Below, piece after piece: positions 23,404 to 33,891 of a DNA stretch of 64,000 nt; the first letter of the stretch is position 1, and the number at the start of each line of letters is the position of its first letter. Origin of the DNA: Polyangiales bacterium (GTDB lineage Bacteria; Myxococcota_A; Polyangia; Polyangiales; JADJQN01); the NCBI GenBank assembly GCA_964202905.1, contig CAXNJO010000008.1, positions 64,001 through 128,000 on the forward strand, written 5' to 3'. The notes under the pieces were generated by a model. It worked only from the letters and a program-made list of their open reading frames with translations. It was not told the DNA's origin and made no database searches. Both the position numbers and the translations under genes were made by a program.

Positions 23404-25004
23404 TCACTCGAGCGGGATGACGACCTCGCGGGTCTCGCCGGCGGCGACGCGCGCGACACGACGCTTGACTAGCCCGTCGGCGCGCACGCGCACCACATGC
23501 TCGCCTTCGTCGAGCCGTGCGCGCACCGGCGAGCGGCCGAGCGCGCGGCCGTCGATCTCGACGAAACCCCACGGATAGGCCGTCACCACGAGCGTTCCGT
23601 CACGCGGCATGAGGGGCGTCGGGGCCGTCCGCGCGTCGCCTCGGGGCGTGCTGGGCGCCGCCGTGGAGGGCGCGCTGGGCGATGCCGTGGAGGGCACGCT
23701 GGGCGATGCCGCGGAGGGCACGCTGGGCGATGCCGCGGAGGGCACGCTGGGCGATGCCGCGGAGGGCACGCTGGGCGATGCCGTGGAGGGCACGCTGGGC
23801 GATGCCGCGGGGCGGGGCGCGGGCGCCGTCGGGGACGCTGCGGCGTGGGGCGTCGTGTCCCTGTGAACGGCGAGGGCGGCGGCGCCCGCGAGCGCGAGCA
23901 GCGCGAGCGCGGCAGCGAGGGCCCGCGTGTGGTGGTGTGCGGCCGCTCGCGGGCGCGGGTGGCGTGCGGTGCGGCGGGCGCGGCGAGGTGCGGGGCGGCC
24001 GCGGGCGGCGTCGCGGGCGGCGCGCTCGCGGACGTGCACGGGGGCGATTCCGTTTCAGGTTGCGCGCCTGAAAATGGATTGGATACGAGCGCTTGCGCGT
24101 CGTCGTCGGGGGCCACGGGGCGCACGCGATCGACCATCGCGCCGAGCGCGCGGCGCGCGCTGAGCGGCGGGGCGCCTGCGGACAACGCGTCGAGCACGGC
24201 GTTGGCGCTCGCCGGGCGCGCGTCGGGCGTGGGCGCGAGGAGCCGCTCGACGAGCGCGACGAGCGCGGGCGGCGCGTGCGGGGCGAGCGGTCCGAGCGCG
24301 GGGCGCCGATCGCCGGCGAGGTTCGCGAGGGTCGCGAGCTCGGTCGGGCCGTCGAAGGGTCGCCGGCCCGCGAGCAGCTCGAAGCTCAGCACGCCGAGCG
24401 AGAAGAGATCGCTGCGCGCATCGACCGCGCCGCCGAGCGCCTGCTCGGGCGACATGTACGGCACCTTGCCCTTGATGCCGCTCGCGGTCGCGCGCTCCCC
24501 GCTCGTCTGCTTGGCGATCCCGAAGTCCGCGAGCTTCACGGCGCCTTCGCGCGAGAGGAGCACGTTCGATGGACTCACGTCGCGGTGCACGACCGCCGGG
24601 CGCGCCGCGTGGGCGTGCGCGAGCGCGCTGCAGACGTCGGTGAGGATGAGCACCACGAGGTCGATGGGCATCGGCTGTCCGAGCGCGCGCATCGCCCTGA
24701 GCAGCGCGCGCAGATCGACGCCGTCGACGAGCTCGAGCGCCATCCACCACTGGCCTTCGTGCGCGCCGAAGTCGTAGACCTGCGCGATGTGCGGGTGCAC
24801 GAGGCGCGCGGCGAGCCGCGCCTCGCCTTGGAACATCGCGACGAAGACCGGATCGGTGCAGAAGGCCGGGAGCACGCGCTTGACGCACACGCGCTGCGCG
24901 AAGCCCGCGACGCCGTGTCGCTCGGCGAGGAAGGTCTCCGCCATGCCGCCGTGTCCGAGGCGTCGCAGAAGCCGGAAGGGGCCGAAGTGCGGCGAGGCCG
25001 TCAT
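23404..25004 (-). CDS. Hanks-type Ser/Thr kinase with TM and PEGA domain; apparent frameshift near 23930
   Basis: GHGGMAE, CVKR, HRDVSPSN, DFG and YMSPEQ in one frame. TM helix and PWGFVEIDG..GRSP PEGA domain in another frame. Confidence 0.85.
23650..23810. repeat. 24-bp coding tandem repeat, about 6.5 copies (ASPSVPSA/T)
   Basis: Unit GCCG(T/C)GGAGGGCACGCTGGGCGAT at 23660, 23684, 23708, 23732, 23756 and 23780. Confidence 0.95.
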
Positions 25005-25007
25005 GGC

Positions 25008-27140
25008 TCAGCGCAGCACGACGCGACGCCGCTCGCCGCGCGCGAGGTCGACCGCGAGGGTCGCTGCGCCAGCGCCGTCGCCGTCGCTCAGCACGTGATG
25101 GCCGGCTGCGAGCGGAACGCTCAGTGGCGCCGCGCCAACCTCCTGACCATCGACGTAGATGGTGTGACCTCGTTCGCTGACGATGGTCAACAGCGCGCGC
25201 GCGCTGGGCGCGGAGGCGGACGCATCGGTCGCTGCGCGTTCGGCACGGTCGGCGCGCGCAGCGCTCGCGGTGCGTGTCCGCGCGCGCGACGCCGCAGTGG
25301 GGGGCGCCTCCGGTCGGGATGGCACGGCCGTACGCAGCGGGGCGTCCGGCGCAGCGGGCATCGGGGCCGCGTCGGCGGAGGGACGACGGAGCCCGTCGGA
25401 GGACGCCGCGGGTGGCGCGTCGCGCGCGGGGGCGGGCGTCGCGGGCGCCGGCGGACGTGGAGGCTCGGCGGGGGGGTGCGGGGCGGACGCGGCTGCGCGC
25501 GGGCGGGCACCCTGGGCGGGCGTGGCGTTCGTGGGCGCGGTGTCCGCGTGAGCCGGCGTGCGTGGGCGCCGAGACGCGACGGCGACGGCCGCGAGGATCG
25601 ACGCGGCGAGCGTGGCGGCGCCGAGCGCGAGGCGCGTGCGCGCTCGGGCCGCATGCCGCCGGCGTTGCGGGTCGGGGGCGGTCGGGACCGTCGACGCGGG
25701 CGGTGCAGCGGGGGCCTCGTCCGCGTGGGCGGGCGCACCGGCGACGTCGGCATGTGGGCGCGGCGCCGGGGTGCCCTCGATGCTCGCCTCGACGGGTGCC
25801 AGCGGGTCGTCGACGGGGGCGTGGTTCGTCGCGTCGACGCGGGTGCGCGTCCCGCCTTCGTCGGCGTCGGGCCCGGTCTCGCGCACGCCGGACCACGCGG
25901 TGCGCGTGGCCGCATCGTGCGCCGCTGCCGCGTAGGGGCGCGCGGGGAGGGGGGCCGCCGCGCGGGTTGCGTCCGTGAGCAGGGCCGTCCGCGGATCGGG
26001 CGCGGTCGTGTCGTCGGGGGCAAGCGGTGACGTCGCCGCCCCCGATGGCGCGGGCCCTGCGGGGGGCGGCGTCGCGGAGGCTGTCAGGAAGCGCGTCGCG
26101 GACGCGTGCGCCGGCGCCGCGGTCGTCCCGGTGTGCGCCCCCGCGGGCACCGTCGTCGCCGCGACCGACGTCGCCGCGAGGGGATCGACGTGCTGTCCGT
26201 GCCCTTCCTCGGGGCGCCGCGCGGCCTGCACGCGCTTGACCTGCTCGCCGAGGATCCGCCGCGCGGTCGGGGGTGGGACGACGTCGACGAGCGCGTCGAG
26301 CAACGCCGTGGCGTTCGGCGTGCGCGAGTCGGGGGACGGGGCGAGGAGGCCCTCGATCGCGGCGATGAGCGCGGGTGGCGCCGTGGGGCAGTGGGCGCCG
26401 AGCGGTGTGCGCGCGCCACGCTCGAGGTTGCTGAGCGTCTCGACGTCGCTGCGCCCGTCGAAGGGGCGTACGCCCGCGAGCGCTTCGTACAGCAGCACGC
26501 CGAGCGCGAAGAGGTCGACGCGGCGATCGACCACGCCGCGCAGCGCGTACTCCGGCGCCATGTACGGCACCTTCCCCCGCACCGCGCGCGTCGACGTCGC
26601 GAGGTTGTCGGTGATGGCGCGGGCGATCCCGAAATCCGCGAGCTTCACCTCGCCTGCCGCGCTCAAGAGCACGTTCGATGGCGAGAGGTCGCGGTGCACG
26701 ATGGCCTCCGCGCCGCCGTGCGCGATCTCGAGCGCGGTCGCGAGCTCCACGGCGAGGAAGGCGACGAGACCCGACGTGAGCCCGCCCCCCGGTGCGCCCG
26801 GCGCGAGGCCCGCGCGCGTCCGCTCGACGCGCAGCAGCTCGCGCAGGTCGCAGCCCTCGACGAGCTCGAGCGCGAGGTAGTGCGCGCCGTCCGCGACGCC
26901 GAAGTCGATGACCTGCACGATGTTCGCGTGTCGCAGCCTCGCCGCGAGGCGCGCCTCGTCGCGGAAGAGCCGAACGAAGGCGGGGTCGTCGCCCACCGCG
27001 GGGAGGATGCGCTTCACGCACACGCGCTGCTCGAAGCCGCCCGGCCCCGTGCGCACGGCCTCGAAGGTCTCCGCCATCCCGCCCGCGCCGAGCCTGCGGA
27101 CGAGCGTGAAGGGTCCGAATGTACGGGTCATTCCGGACAT
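25008..27140 (-). CDS. Hanks-type Ser/Thr kinase with TM and PEGA-like domain
   Basis: GAGGMAE, CVKR, HRDLSPSN, DFG and YMAPE motifs. Pro/Ala linker, TM helix, IYVDGQEVG.AP. Confidence 0.92.
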   Translation of the reverse strand: MSGMTRTFGPFTLVRRLGAGGMAETFEAVRTGPGGFEQRVCVKRILPAVGDDPAFVRLFRDEARLAARLRHANIVQVIDFGVADGAHYLALELVEGCDLRELLRVERTRAGLAPGAPGGGLTSGLVAFLAVELATALEIAHGGAEAIVHRDLSPSNVLLSAAGEVKLADFGIARAITDNLATSTRAVRGKVPYMAPEYALRGVVDRRVDLFALGVLLYEALAGVRPFDGRSDVETLSNLERGARTPLGAHCPTAPPALIAAIEGLLAPSPDSRTPNATALLDALVDVVPPPTARRILGEQVKRVQAARRPEEGHGQHVDPLAATSVAATTVPAGAHTGTTAAPAHASATRFLTASATPPPAGPAPSGAATSPLAPDDTTAPDPRTALLTDATRAAAPLPARPYAAAAHDAATRTAWSGVRETGPDADEGGTRTRVDATNHAPVDDPLAPVEASIEGTPAPRPHADVAGAPAHADEAPAAPPASTVPTAPDPQRRRHAARARTRLALGAATLAASILAAVAVASRRPRTPAHADTAPTNATPAQGARPRAAASAPHPPAEPPRPPAPATPAPARDAPPAASSDGLRRPSADAAPMPAAPDAPLRTAVPSRPEAPPTAASRARTRTASAARADRAERAATDASASAPSARALLTIVSERGHTIYVDGQEVGAAPLSVPLAAGHHVLSDGDGAGAATLAVDLARGERRRVVLR

Positions 27141-27332
27141 CGCGGAGAGACGGTAACACCGGGCCCGCGTACCGCGGAACCCCTCTCTGCGAGGCTACGG
27201 TCACGCCATCCCCATGTCCGCGCGCCCCAGCGCCTGCGGACCAGGGCCGAGCGCGGCACGCCTCGACGCCGCGCGCAGGCGGCACGCGCCGTCACCGCGG
27301 CGCCCGCCGAGCCTCCGTCGTGATTGGCGTCG

Positions 27333-28835
27333 TCAGTCGAGCGAGAGGCCCGGCCAGACGGGGAGCGGCCCCGCGGCGACCGTGGGCAGGAGCACCGCGA
27401 GCGGGTACACGCACTGCGCGCCCGCGAGCAGCCCCGCGGGGCGGTGGTTGCCGCTGTCCTTGAGGCCGCCGAAGGGCAGGCGCCCGCTCGCCCCGGCGCT
27501 CGAGCGGTTCCAGTGCACGACGCCGACCTCGAGCTCGTCGGCGAGCGCCTCGAAGCGCGCGCGCGAGGCCGTGTACACGGCGCAGGCGAGCCCGAACCGC
27601 GACGCGTTGGCGAGCGCGAGGGCTTCGTCGGCGTCGTCGACGACGGTGACCGCCAGATCCGGCCCGAACAGCTCGGCGTCCGAGTAGCCGTCGACCGGGG
27701 CCGCGCCCGGCGGGGCACGGTGCACGGCGGGGCGCACGTACCAGCCGCGGCGGCCCGGCACGTCGACGGCGCCACCCGCCGCGAGGGCCTCGTAGCCCGC
27801 GTCGCGCGCGCGCCGCTGGGCCGCGAGCAGGTGCGCGCGGGAGCCCTCGGAGATGACCGGCCCCATGAACACGCCCGCGTCGAGCGGGTGCCCGACGACG
27901 ACGCGCTCGGCGGCCTCGCGCAGCCGCGCGCAGAGGTGGTCGGCGACGCCGCGCTGGACGATCACCCGCGACGTCGCGGTGCAGCGCTGCCCGGCGGTCG
28001 CGAAGCCGCTGAACGCGAGCTCGCGGGCCGTGCGCTCGACGTCGCAATCGTCGAGCACGATCGAGGCGTTCTTCCCGCCGAGCTCGAGCTGCACCAGCTT
28101 GCCAGGCGTCTGCGCGGTCGCCGCGAGGATCTTCTGGCCGACCGCGAGCGAACCCGTGAAGAGAACGCCGTCGACGCCCGGGTGCGCGACGAGCGCCGCA
28201 GCGAGCGTGCCCGGGCCCTGCACGAGCTGGATCGTCCCGGGGGGGAAGCCCGCCTCGTCGAAGCAGCGCGCCATCCACGCCGCGGTCCCCGGCGCGCGCT
28301 CGCTCGGCTTGAAGATCACGCAGTTGCCCGCGAAGAGCGCGGGCACGATCTGCCCGTTGGGGAGGTGACCGGGGAAGTTGAAGGGCCCGAGCACGGCGAG
28401 CACGCCATGCGGCCGATGGCGGATCTCACCCGGCAGATCGGCGATCACCTCGTCGCGCGTGAAGCGGGCCGCTTCGCCGACCGAGACGTCGACCTTCGTG
28501 ATCATCGCGGCGACCTCGCTCTGCGCCTCCCAGAGCGGCTTGCCGACCTCGCGCGCGATGGTGCGTGCGATCGCGTCCGCGTGCGCGCGCAGACGCTCCT
28601 GGTACGCGCGCAACAGCGTCGCGCGGGCGGTGGCGCCGAGCGTGCGGAAGGCGCGTCGCGCGTCGCGCGCGGCGTCGACGGCGAGGTCGAGGTGCGCGTG
28701 CGCGAACGGAAAACGACCGACGAGATCGTCCTGATCAGCGGGGCTTCGGACCTCGAGCGCGCCGTCGGCGTGTGCGGGCGGCGTGAGGCGTCCGGCGAGG
28801 TAGTCCCCTGCGGCGAGGTGCGCGGCGTCGTGCAT
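27333..28835 (-). CDS. astD: Aldehyde dehydrogenase, succinylglutamate-semialdehyde dehydrogenase-like
   Basis: HRPHGVLAVLGPFNFPGHLPNG, FTGS, ELGGKN, AGQRCT, ELFGP and the AstD-typical PFGGLKDSGNHRP. Confidence 0.8.
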   Translation of the reverse strand: MHDAAHLAAGDYLAGRLTPPAHADGALEVRSPADQDDLVGRFPFAHAHLDLAVDAARDARRAFRTLGATARATLLRAYQERLRAHADAIARTIAREVGKPLWEAQSEVAAMITKVDVSVGEAARFTRDEVIADLPGEIRHRPHGVLAVLGPFNFPGHLPNGQIVPALFAGNCVIFKPSERAPGTAAWMARCFDEAGFPPGTIQLVQGPGTLAAALVAHPGVDGVLFTGSLAVGQKILAATAQTPGKLVQLELGGKNASIVLDDCDVERTARELAFSGFATAGQRCTATSRVIVQRGVADHLCARLREAAERVVVGHPLDAGVFMGPVISEGSRAHLLAAQRRARDAGYEALAAGGAVDVPGRRGWYVRPAVHRAPPGAAPVDGYSDAELFGPDLAVTVVDDADEALALANASRFGLACAVYTASRARFEALADELEVGVVHWNRSSAGASGRLPFGGLKDSGNHRPAGLLAGAQCVYPLAVLLPTVAAGPLPVWPGLSLD

Positions 28836-29003
28836 CCGCGGGGCATGCCACCCGGAGCGCGGGGGCGCACGCAGCGCGCGGAGAGCCGCGCGGCGCGAGG
28901 CGGGCCGCCGCCGTGCACGCGGGGGCCGTCGCGGCTGGCGGTCGCCGTGCGGGCGCGATACGCCAGCCGACGCGTCGCGCGCGCGGCGCAGGGAGAAGCA
29001 CCG

Positions 29004-30308
29004 ATGCACGCGATGGACGGGGATCGGGGTCGTCCGCAGGGTGGACACGGGGCGCGCGTCGCCGGTGTGGCGTTGCTCGCGTGGCTCGCGCTCGGAGCCG
29101 CAGGGCCGCGGGGCGCCCGCGCGCAGGACGCGCAACTCCTCATCGATCTCGCGTCGACGGCGGAGGAGGGCGGCGCCGACACGCGCGAAGCGCTCGCGCA
29201 GGCGGCGGGATCGCTGCGGGCGGCGCAGCAGCGGGCGGTCCCGCTGACGCTGCCGGCCGGGCGCTGCGTGCTCGTCGCGGCGCGCGCGTCGGGCGGCCTC
29301 GAGAACGTGGACGTCGCGATCGCGCGCGGCCGCACGGTGCTCGCGCGCGACACCGACACGGGTCGCGCCGCGATGGCGCGCCACTGCGCGGGCCCGGCTG
29401 CCGAGCGCCTCGAGATGCGCGCGCGTGCCTTCCGCGGTGCCGGGCCCTTCGCGCTCGCGGCGTATCTGCTCCCGGCGCAGGCGGCGGGCGGCGCGGCCGC
29501 GGTGGGCGCGGCGCCTCCCGCGGCGACGGGGCTGCTCGATCGCCTCGCGGCGCGGGTGGTCGCATCGGGCAGCGACATGGTCCTGGTGACCGCGCCGGCG
29601 CGCGAGGTCCTCGCGCCGGGGCAGCGTGTCGAGCGTGACGTGCCGCTCGCGCCCGGACGCTGCTACCGCGTGCTCGTCGCCGCCGAGGATGGCGTGCTCG
29701 ACGTCGACCTCGCGCTGCGTGCCCCGGGCGCGCGGGGCGACGAGACGCTGCAGGCGGACGGCACGCACGAGGCGGCCGCGTCGCTCGGCCTGCTGCGTCC
29801 GCTCTGTCCGCCGACGCCCGGCGTGTACCGGCTCGCCATCTCGCTCGTCGCGGGGCAGGGCGCGATCGCCTGGCAGGTGCTCGGCTCCGCGGCCGGGCCC
29901 GCCCCCGCGGTCGAGGTCGCGCGCGCGCCGGCCTTCCGCGTCGGCGGCGCGGGCACGGACTTCGTCGCGCAGCGCCTCCGCGCGCGGCATGCGGCGGTCG
30001 GGGAGGGGCGTGACGCCGTGATCGACGTGCGCGCGGGGCAGCTGCGCACGAGCGAGTCGATCGAGCAGGAGGTGCGCGTCGAGGCGGGGCGCTGCTACGT
30101 CGTGCTCGGTGCCGGTGCGCCGTCCGTCGCTGAGCTCGACCTCCTCGTGCGGGACGCGCTCGGCAACGAGCTCGCGCGGGACGCGGAGCGCGACGCCTTC
30201 CCGCGGGCGCGCTTCTGCCCCCTGACGTCGGCCCCCGTGCGGATCGTCGCCCGCATGTTCCGCGGCTACGGGCCGTTCGGCGTGCAGGTCTTCGGCGGCC
30301 CGCGCTGA
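29004..30308 (+). CDS. Secreted protein with three repeated PPC-like beta-sandwich modules
   Basis: Signal peptide ending ARA-Q. Three repeats of L..GRC(Y).V....G..D(V/L)D(L/V). Confidence 0.7.
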   Translation: MHAMDGDRGRPQGGHGARVAGVALLAWLALGAAGPRGARAQDAQLLIDLASTAEEGGADTREALAQAAGSLRAAQQRAVPLTLPAGRCVLVAARASGGLENVDVAIARGRTVLARDTDTGRAAMARHCAGPAAERLEMRARAFRGAGPFALAAYLLPAQAAGGAAAVGAAPPAATGLLDRLAARVVASGSDMVLVTAPAREVLAPGQRVERDVPLAPGRCYRVLVAAEDGVLDVDLALRAPGARGDETLQADGTHEAAASLGLLRPLCPPTPGVYRLAISLVAGQGAIAWQVLGSAAGPAPAVEVARAPAFRVGGAGTDFVAQRLRARHAAVGEGRDAVIDVRAGQLRTSESIEQEVRVEAGRCYVVLGAGAPSVAELDLLVRDALGNELARDAERDAFPRARFCPLTSAPVRIVARMFRGYGPFGVQVFGGPR

Positions 30309-30430
30309 GCCCGGCGCGCCTCCGAACGCCGAGAAAAATCGGCGTTTTGCGATGGTGTGCGGGCACTTCGTGAAGTCGTCGTCGCCGCGATGCGCCGATC
30401 TCGCGCTCGCCCTCGCGGCGCGCGCCGGCC

Positions 30431-31363
30431 TCAGAACTGGGTCGCCGCGAAGAGGCTGAGGACGGGCCCGCCCGACTGGCGCCGGACACCGGCGATGCCC
30501 CCCTCGATCGTCATCCCGAGGTACCAGCGCGGGACGAACTGCCACTCGCCTTCGAGCCCGAAGCCCGTGTAGGCGGTGCCGTTCACGATGCCGCTCGGGC
30601 TCTCCCCGCGCGGCGCGGAACCGCGGACGACCGGGTGCCACCCCGTCGCGCGCAGCCGCCCGCTCAGCGTCGCGGAGAAGCGCCCGCCGACCTCCGCCGT
30701 CCACGTGAGCACGTCGTCCCAGCCGCCGCTCCGGAGCACGTAGCCGAGCGAGCCCGCCGCGTAGACGGTGTCCCACCCGTAGCCCACGGCGAGCGCGCCC
30801 ATCCCGCGGAAGACGCCGCTGCCGATGTGCAGGCTCGCCAGCTGCGCGTGCGGGGTCTCCCGCGCGAACACGGGGCCCTGTGCGCGCGAGGTCGCGAGGG
30901 GCACGCCGAGTCCGAGCTCCGCCGCGGCGACGAAGCGCCCGACCCGCGCGAAGCGCCAGCGTCCGCCGACCATCGGATCGCCGGGCCCGACGACGGCGCG
31001 CGTGTCGCCCCCGGGCCGCGGATCCGCGAGCACGAAGCCCTGCGCGAGCGGCGCGTGCAGCCAGAGCGCGACGCCCTCGGCGACCCCGACCTCCGCCCAC
31101 GCGTTCGCGAACACCTCGTGGTACGTGCCGAACGCCGTCGACTCGCCGCGCCCGTCGAGGTAGCCGAAGCCCGGCAGCCACTTGAGCCAGACCTTCGCGT
31201 AGCCGTGCCCCGGTCGCGGCGTCCACGGCGACGCGCTCGCCCGGGTCGGCGTGCCGAAGAGCACCGCGGCCGCGAGCAACGATGCGATCACGCCCGCGCG
31301 CGCAGCCGCGCGAGCCGCGCCGAACACGAAGGAGTCGCGGCCGGCGTCGTCGGGGGGCGTCAT
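30431..31363 (-). CDS. Putative outer-membrane beta-barrel protein
   Basis: Signal peptide, alternating aromatic beta-strands, C-terminal SLFAATQF. Confidence 0.65.
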   Translation of the reverse strand: MTPPDDAGRDSFVFGAARAAARAGVIASLLAAAVLFGTPTRASASPWTPRPGHGYAKVWLKWLPGFGYLDGRGESTAFGTYHEVFANAWAEVGVAEGVALWLHAPLAQGFVLADPRPGGDTRAVVGPGDPMVGGRWRFARVGRFVAAAELGLGVPLATSRAQGPVFARETPHAQLASLHIGSGVFRGMGALAVGYGWDTVYAAGSLGYVLRSGGWDDVLTWTAEVGGRFSATLSGRLRATGWHPVVRGSAPRGESPSGIVNGTAYTGFGLEGEWQFVPRWYLGMTIEGGIAGVRRQSGGPVLSLFAATQF

Positions 31364-31439
31364 GCCGGCAGCATCCCACGCTGCGCCGCGGCACGTCTGC
31401 GGCGAGTGCGACGGCGCGCGCGGGCGCATACTCCGCCGC

Positions 31440-32432
31440 ATGGACCTGCGCGGGCGCACGCTGGCGATCACGGGCATCGGCGGCTTCGTGGGGCTCCGCG
31501 CCGCGGCGCGGGCGCGCGAGCTCGGCATGGTCGTGCGCGGACTCGATCGCGACGAAGCCGCGCTGCGTCGCGCCGGCCGCGTCGGCGTCACGGCGCTGCG
31601 CGGCGACGTGCGCGATCCGGCCGACGTCCGCCGCCTCTGCGCCGGGGCGGACGTCGTCTTCCACACGGCCGCAGTCGTCGAGGAAGACGGCGATCCCTCG
31701 CACTTCCGCGACGTCAACGTCGAGGGCACGCGGTGCGTGCTCGAGGTCGCGCGGGACACGGGCGCGCGTCACGTCGTGCACCTATCTTCAGTGATGGTCT
31801 ACGGCTTTGCGTATCCGCCCGACGTCGACGAGGACGGCCCGCTCCGCGGCGAGGGCAACCCCTACTGCGAGACCAAGATCGAGAGCGAGCGGGTCGCGCT
31901 CTCCTTCGACGCCCCGGGAGCGCTGCGCGTCGTTGCGCTGCGCGCGGGCGACGTCTACGGGCCCGGCTCCATCCCGTGGGTCGTGCGCCCCGTCTCGCTC
32001 ATGCGGCGCGGGCTGTTCGTGCTGCCGGACGGCGGACGGGGCGTGATGAACCACGTCTACGTCGACGACCTCGTCGACGCGGGGCTCGCGGCGGTCGCGC
32101 GCGAGGTCGGCGGCGTCCCGCTCAACGTCACCGACGGCGACGACACGAGCTTCGCCGCGTATTTCGGGCGTCTCGGCGCGCCGCTCGGGCAGGCGCGCAT
32201 CCGCACGCTCCCGGCGGGCCTGCTCCGCGCGGCGTTCACCGCGCTCGATCGCGGCGCGCGCGTCGCGGGGCTGCGTGCCCCGGTGAGCCCCGCGGCGGTC
32301 GACTTCGTCGCACGCCCGCACCGGGTGTCGAACGCGCGCGTGCGGCGTGTGCTCGGGTGGGCGCCGCGCGTGCCGCTCGCCGAGGGGCTGCGGCGCACGC
32401 ACGCGTGGCTCCGCGCCGAGCGTCTGATGTGA
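31440..32432 (+). CDS. NAD-dependent epimerase / 3-beta-hydroxysteroid dehydrogenase family (extended SDR)
   Basis: ITGIGGFVG, HTAA, NVEGT, SSVMVYG, YCETK and HVYVDDL motifs. Confidence 0.9.
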   Translation: MDLRGRTLAITGIGGFVGLRAAARARELGMVVRGLDRDEAALRRAGRVGVTALRGDVRDPADVRRLCAGADVVFHTAAVVEEDGDPSHFRDVNVEGTRCVLEVARDTGARHVVHLSSVMVYGFAYPPDVDEDGPLRGEGNPYCETKIESERVALSFDAPGALRVVALRAGDVYGPGSIPWVVRPVSLMRRGLFVLPDGGRGVMNHVYVDDLVDAGLAAVAREVGGVPLNVTDGDDTSFAAYFGRLGAPLGQARIRTLPAGLLRAAFTALDRGARVAGLRAPVSPAAVDFVARPHRVSNARVRRVLGWAPRVPLAEGLRRTHAWLRAERLM

Positions 32433-32549
32433 CGGCGGCGTGCCTGCCGCGCGGCGGGCACGCAGCGTTTGCGGCTTCCGGCGGGCGCGTCGCGAGATGG
32501 GCACGCGACCGCGAACGCGTCGACACACGGGGCTCGGAGGCTGCGTCGC

Positions 32550-33749
32550 ATGTCGACCCCCGCTCTCGTGATGCTCGCCGCGTGCGCCATCAGCGTGGCG
32601 CTCTACCTGACGCTCCTCGCGTCCTTCACCGTCGGCCTCGTGCGCGGGCGTCTGCGTCTGCGTGCGCAGCGCGCTGCGCCGCGCGTGACCCCACGCGTCT
32701 CCGTGCTCAAGCCCCTCGCCGGCTGCGAGGACGAACTCGCCGAGAACCTCCGCAGCTTCGCCGCGCTCGACTGGCCCGACCACGAGCTGCTCCTCGGGGT
32801 CGCGTCGCTCGCCGACGCCGCCGTCCCCGTCGCGCGCGCGTTCATCGCGGCGCATCCCCAGGTCGCTGCGCGCCTCGTCCTCACGGACCCGGGCGCGGCG
32901 CTCAACCCCAAGGTCGCGCAGCTCGTCCGGCTCGCCGAGGAGGCGCGTGGCGAGGTCGTCGTCGTCAGCGACGCGAACGTACGCGTGCCGCCGACCTACC
33001 TGCGCGATCTCGTCGGCGCGCTCGACGAGCCCGGTGTCGGGCTGGCCACGAGCGTCGTCGTCGGCTCGGGTGAGCGCACGCTCGGTGCGGCCCTCGAGAA
33101 CCTGCAGTGGCTCGCGCACGTCGCGCCGGGCGTCGTCGCCGGGGCCACGGTGACGGGGCGCCCGATCAGCATCGGCAAGTCGATGGCGATCCGAGCCGCG
33201 GACCTCGCGCGCGTCGGGGGCTTCGCGTCGGTGGGGGACGTCCTCGCGGAGGATCACGTGCTCGCGCAGCGCTTCGCACGCGCCGGCATCGGCGTGCGGC
33301 TGTCGCTCGCGCCGGTCGAGAACCGCAACGTCGACTGCACGCTGCGCCGCAGCGTCGAGCGCCACACGCGCTGGGGCCGGATGCGCCGCTTCATCGCGCC
33401 GCAGGGCTTCTTCCTCGAGCCGCTGCTCTCACCGATCGTGACGGCGTCGCTCGCCTGCCTCGTGTCTCCGTCGCGCGACGCCGCGTTCGCGCTGCTCGTC
33501 GCGCTCGTCGTGCAGGCCGTCGGCGCGTCGTACGCGGCGCTCCTGCTCCGCGGGCGCGTCCCGCTCTGGCTGCCGCCGCTCGAGGTCGCGCGCGCCTACG
33601 TGCTCTTCGGCGCGTGGCTCGGCGCCGTCGCGAGCCGCCGCATCGCGTGGCGCGGCCACCCCTTCGAGCTCCGCGCGGGAACGCGGCTCGTCCCCGCCGG
33701 TCCCTCGTTGCGCGCCCGCCTGCGCGATCGTCGGCGTGTCGCCGGCTGA
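32550..33749 (+). CDS. GT21-like glycosyltransferase (ceramide glucosyltransferase / HpnI family)
   Basis: N-terminal TM, SVLKPLAG, NPKV, SDAN, GKSM, LAEDH, RHTRW, IAWRG. Confidence 0.85.
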   Translation: MSTPALVMLAACAISVALYLTLLASFTVGLVRGRLRLRAQRAAPRVTPRVSVLKPLAGCEDELAENLRSFAALDWPDHELLLGVASLADAAVPVARAFIAAHPQVAARLVLTDPGAALNPKVAQLVRLAEEARGEVVVVSDANVRVPPTYLRDLVGALDEPGVGLATSVVVGSGERTLGAALENLQWLAHVAPGVVAGATVTGRPISIGKSMAIRAADLARVGGFASVGDVLAEDHVLAQRFARAGIGVRLSLAPVENRNVDCTLRRSVERHTRWGRMRRFIAPQGFFLEPLLSPIVTASLACLVSPSRDAAFALLVALVVQAVGASYAALLLRGRVPLWLPPLEVARAYVLFGAWLGAVASRRIAWRGHPFELRAGTRLVPAGPSLRARLRDRRRVAG

Positions 33750-33826
33750 GCCCCGCGTCGCGTCGCCGACCGAGCCGGACTCCGCTGCGCATCCCGTGTC
33801 CCCGGCGTGCGGCCGCGGCGGGCGCG

Positions 33827-33867
33827 CTGTCACGCGAGGGACACGCAGCCGCCGTCGCGATGTAACC
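33827..33867 (+). promoter_or_regulatory. Pho-box-like 11-bp-periodic direct repeats
   Basis: CTGTCAC (33827), GGGACAC (33838) and ATGTAAC (33860) are in 11-bp register upstream of the porin-phosphatase operon. Confidence 0.45.
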
Positions 33868-33891
33868 TCGCGCGTCGAAGGTACCCGCCCC

